Source: an uncultured delta proteobacterium
Lineage (GTDB): Bacteria > Desulfobacterota > RBG-13-43-22
NCBI GenBank assembly: GCA_963711835.1
Contig: CAVQFQ010000010.1
Coordinates: 32,001 to 96,000, forward strand
DNA: 64,000 nt
Reading direction: 5' to 3'
The notes under the pieces are model-generated. The model was given only the letters and a program-made list of their open reading frames with translations, searched no databases and had not been told where the DNA came from. This document shows, piece after piece, positions 59,739 through 64,000 of the stretch (the stretch's first letter is position 1; every line of letters starts with the position of its first letter). The position numbers and the translations under genes were made by a program.

Positions 59739-60875
59739 ATGGAACTAACCATCCAGAAACAAACCCTGTTGGATGGATTACAGATGGTCCAGGGGATCGT
59801 TGAAAAAAGAAGTTCTATGCCTATTCTCTCCAATGTCCTGTTCGAAACCGTTGACAGCGGTATTCAGATGGTGGCCACCGACTTGCAGGTCGGGATACGC
59901 TTAAAAGTCCCGGCCCAGGTCAAAGACCCGGGCGGAATCTCCTTGTTGGCCAGAAAACTTTATGAAATCGTAAGGGAATTACCGGATGAGGACGTTTATT
60001 TGAAACTGAATGAAAATAATCGGATTTTTCTTTCCTGTAAGGGTACTCAATATAATATTGTGGGGTTGCCGGCCTCTGATTTCCCGCCCTTGCCCGAGGT
60101 GGATTTGAAACAGGTTTTTTACCTGGAAGGGTCGGTATTAAAAGATATGATTCAAAGAACCATTATTTCCGTTGCCCTGGATGAGGGGCGATATAACCTT
60201 TCCGGGATCTTTTTTGAATATTTTCAAAAGGATGAAAAAAGTTGGCTTCGTATGGTCTCCACCGATGGACACCGCTTAACCCTTCAGGATAAGGAGATCG
60301 AACCCCTGGCGGAGGAGGTTTTTCCAAAAGGGGTTTTATTGCCCCGAAAAGCGGTAACCGAGTTGATAAAAATGTTAGAGACCGGCGGCCAGGTTCGCAT
60401 CGGCTTTAAAGATAATAATGGGGTCTTTACTAAAGACGAGACCATGATGGTCATGCGCTTATTGGAGAAGAAATTTCCGGATTATCAACTCGTCCTGCCT
60501 AAAAAAAAGGATAAATCTGTTTTAGTATCTAAAAACAATCTCTTGGATACCATGAAACGGATGGCCGTATTATCGACGGACCGCTATCGGGGGGTGAAAC
60601 TTCTCTTAAGTAAAGGGAACCTGGAAATTCAATCCGTTAATCCTGATCTTGGGGATGCCAAAGAGGCTATTCCCCTGGAGTACAAAGGAGGAAAACTGGA
60701 AGTGGGCTTTAATGGGCGGTTTTTTATCGATGCCCTCCAAATTATGGAAAGCGAGACCATTACCTTGGAATTAAGCGATTCAGTCAGCCCGGCGGTTCTC
60801 AGCGGGGAAAAGGATCCCGGATTTTTGGCCCTGATTATGCCCATGAAACTGATGGAAGATTCAGGGGAATCGTAA
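59739..60875 (+). CDS. dnaN: DNA polymerase III beta clamp
   Basis: PILSNVL, ATDL, VSTDGHRL, FPDY, GFN, IMPM. Confidence 0.97.
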   Translation: MELTIQKQTLLDGLQMVQGIVEKRSSMPILSNVLFETVDSGIQMVATDLQVGIRLKVPAQVKDPGGISLLARKLYEIVRELPDEDVYLKLNENNRIFLSCKGTQYNIVGLPASDFPPLPEVDLKQVFYLEGSVLKDMIQRTIISVALDEGRYNLSGIFFEYFQKDEKSWLRMVSTDGHRLTLQDKEIEPLAEEVFPKGVLLPRKAVTELIKMLETGGQVRIGFKDNNGVFTKDETMMVMRLLEKKFPDYQLVLPKKKDKSVLVSKNNLLDTMKRMAVLSTDRYRGVKLLLSKGNLEIQSVNPDLGDAKEAIPLEYKGGKLEVGFNGRFFIDALQIMESETITLELSDSVSPAVLSGEKDPGFLALIMPMKLMEDSGES

Positions 60876-60996
60876 CAACCCCTTCCTTACCCCCAACACC
60901 CTTGGTATCGCGGCCTTTGATAGGCGAGGTAATCGACGGCCGGGACGATACGCAAAAACAGGGAAAAAATCCATAAGGTATTAAAAAAAAGGTTGA

Positions 60997-63384
<2,388 letters not shown>

Positions 63385-63459
63385 AAAGACCAGGAAAATA
63401 CCTAACCAAACCCCTCGAACCCTGGACCCTCAGAATCCTTGAGCCCTCAAAGGAATTTT

Positions 63460-64000
63460 ATGACTTTAGTTTCACAAGAACTGCCCACCAATATCGAAGA
63501 CGAAATCAGACGCTCCTATATGGATTATGCCATGAGCGTCATCATCGGCCGGGCCCTGCCGGATATCCGGGATGGTCTGAAACCGGTTCACCGCCGGATC
63601 CTCTATTCCATGCGGGAATTAGGAAACGATTACAACAAGGCCTACAAGAAATCAGCCCGCATCGTCGGGGATGTTATCGGTAAATACCATCCCCACGGCG
63701 ATACGGCGGTCTATGACACCATCGTCCGGATGGCCCAGGATTTTTCCCTCCGCTACCCCCTGGTCGATGGCCAGGGAAACTTCGGTTCCGTAGACGGGGA
63801 TTCCCCGGCGGCCATGCGTTATACCGAAATCCGGATGACCCGACTGGCTCAGGAATTCCTGGATGATTTGGATAAAGAGACCGTTGATTTCCTCCCCAAC
63901 TACGACGGCTCCCTGGTGGAACCGCTGGTCTTGCCCGCCAAGGTGCCCAACCTGCTCATCAACGGCTCCTCCGGGATCGCTGTGGGTATGGCCACCAATA
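63460..64000 (+). CDS. gyrA: DNA gyrase subunit A (partial)
   Basis: [32 protein letters not shown]. Confidence 0.97.
   Translation, partial: MTLVSQELPTNIEDEIRRSYMDYAMSVIIGRALPDIRDGLKPVHRRILYSMRELGNDYNKAYKKSARIVGDVIGKYHPHGDTAVYDTIVRMAQDFSLRYPLVDGQGNFGSVDGDSPAAMRYTEIRMTRLAQEFLDDLDKETVDFLPNYDGSLVEPLVLPAKVPNLLINGSSGIAVGMATN

Overview
Chromosomal segment of an anaerobic Desulfobacterota-like (deltaproteobacterial) genome. Core blocks are atpF'FHAGD (1-5.5 kb), mreBCD-mrdA-rodA (40-46 kb), a Wood-Ljungdahl CODH/ACS cluster (acsV-cooC-acsD-cooS-acsB-acsC-acsE, 47.7-59 kb) and dnaN-gyrB-gyrA with no adjacent dnaA or recF. About 35 kb of accessory DNA lies between rodA and atpF'. Its most striking part (7-16 kb) is a cassette-like, defence-type island with no integrase in the window. 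It holds an AAA-DUF4143 ATPase, vapBC, a ~4.4-kb HNH-NACHT/STAND gene followed by a canonical attC, a second vapC 3' end, a methyltransferase and a higBA-type pair ending in a second attC; short REP-like GGGGTC/GACCCC motifs separate the modules. Also present: an uncharacterised glycyl radical enzyme with its activase, a ~324-bp nested-inverted-repeat MITE in two copies (one split by a 2.2-kb IS inserted into its hairpin), a RAYT/Y1 transposase flanked by inverted repeats, an ECF transporter, nrfHA and several truncated gene remnants. Many accessory genes carry single-base insertions that may be long-read errors. All calls come from motif recognition by eye; no searches were run.
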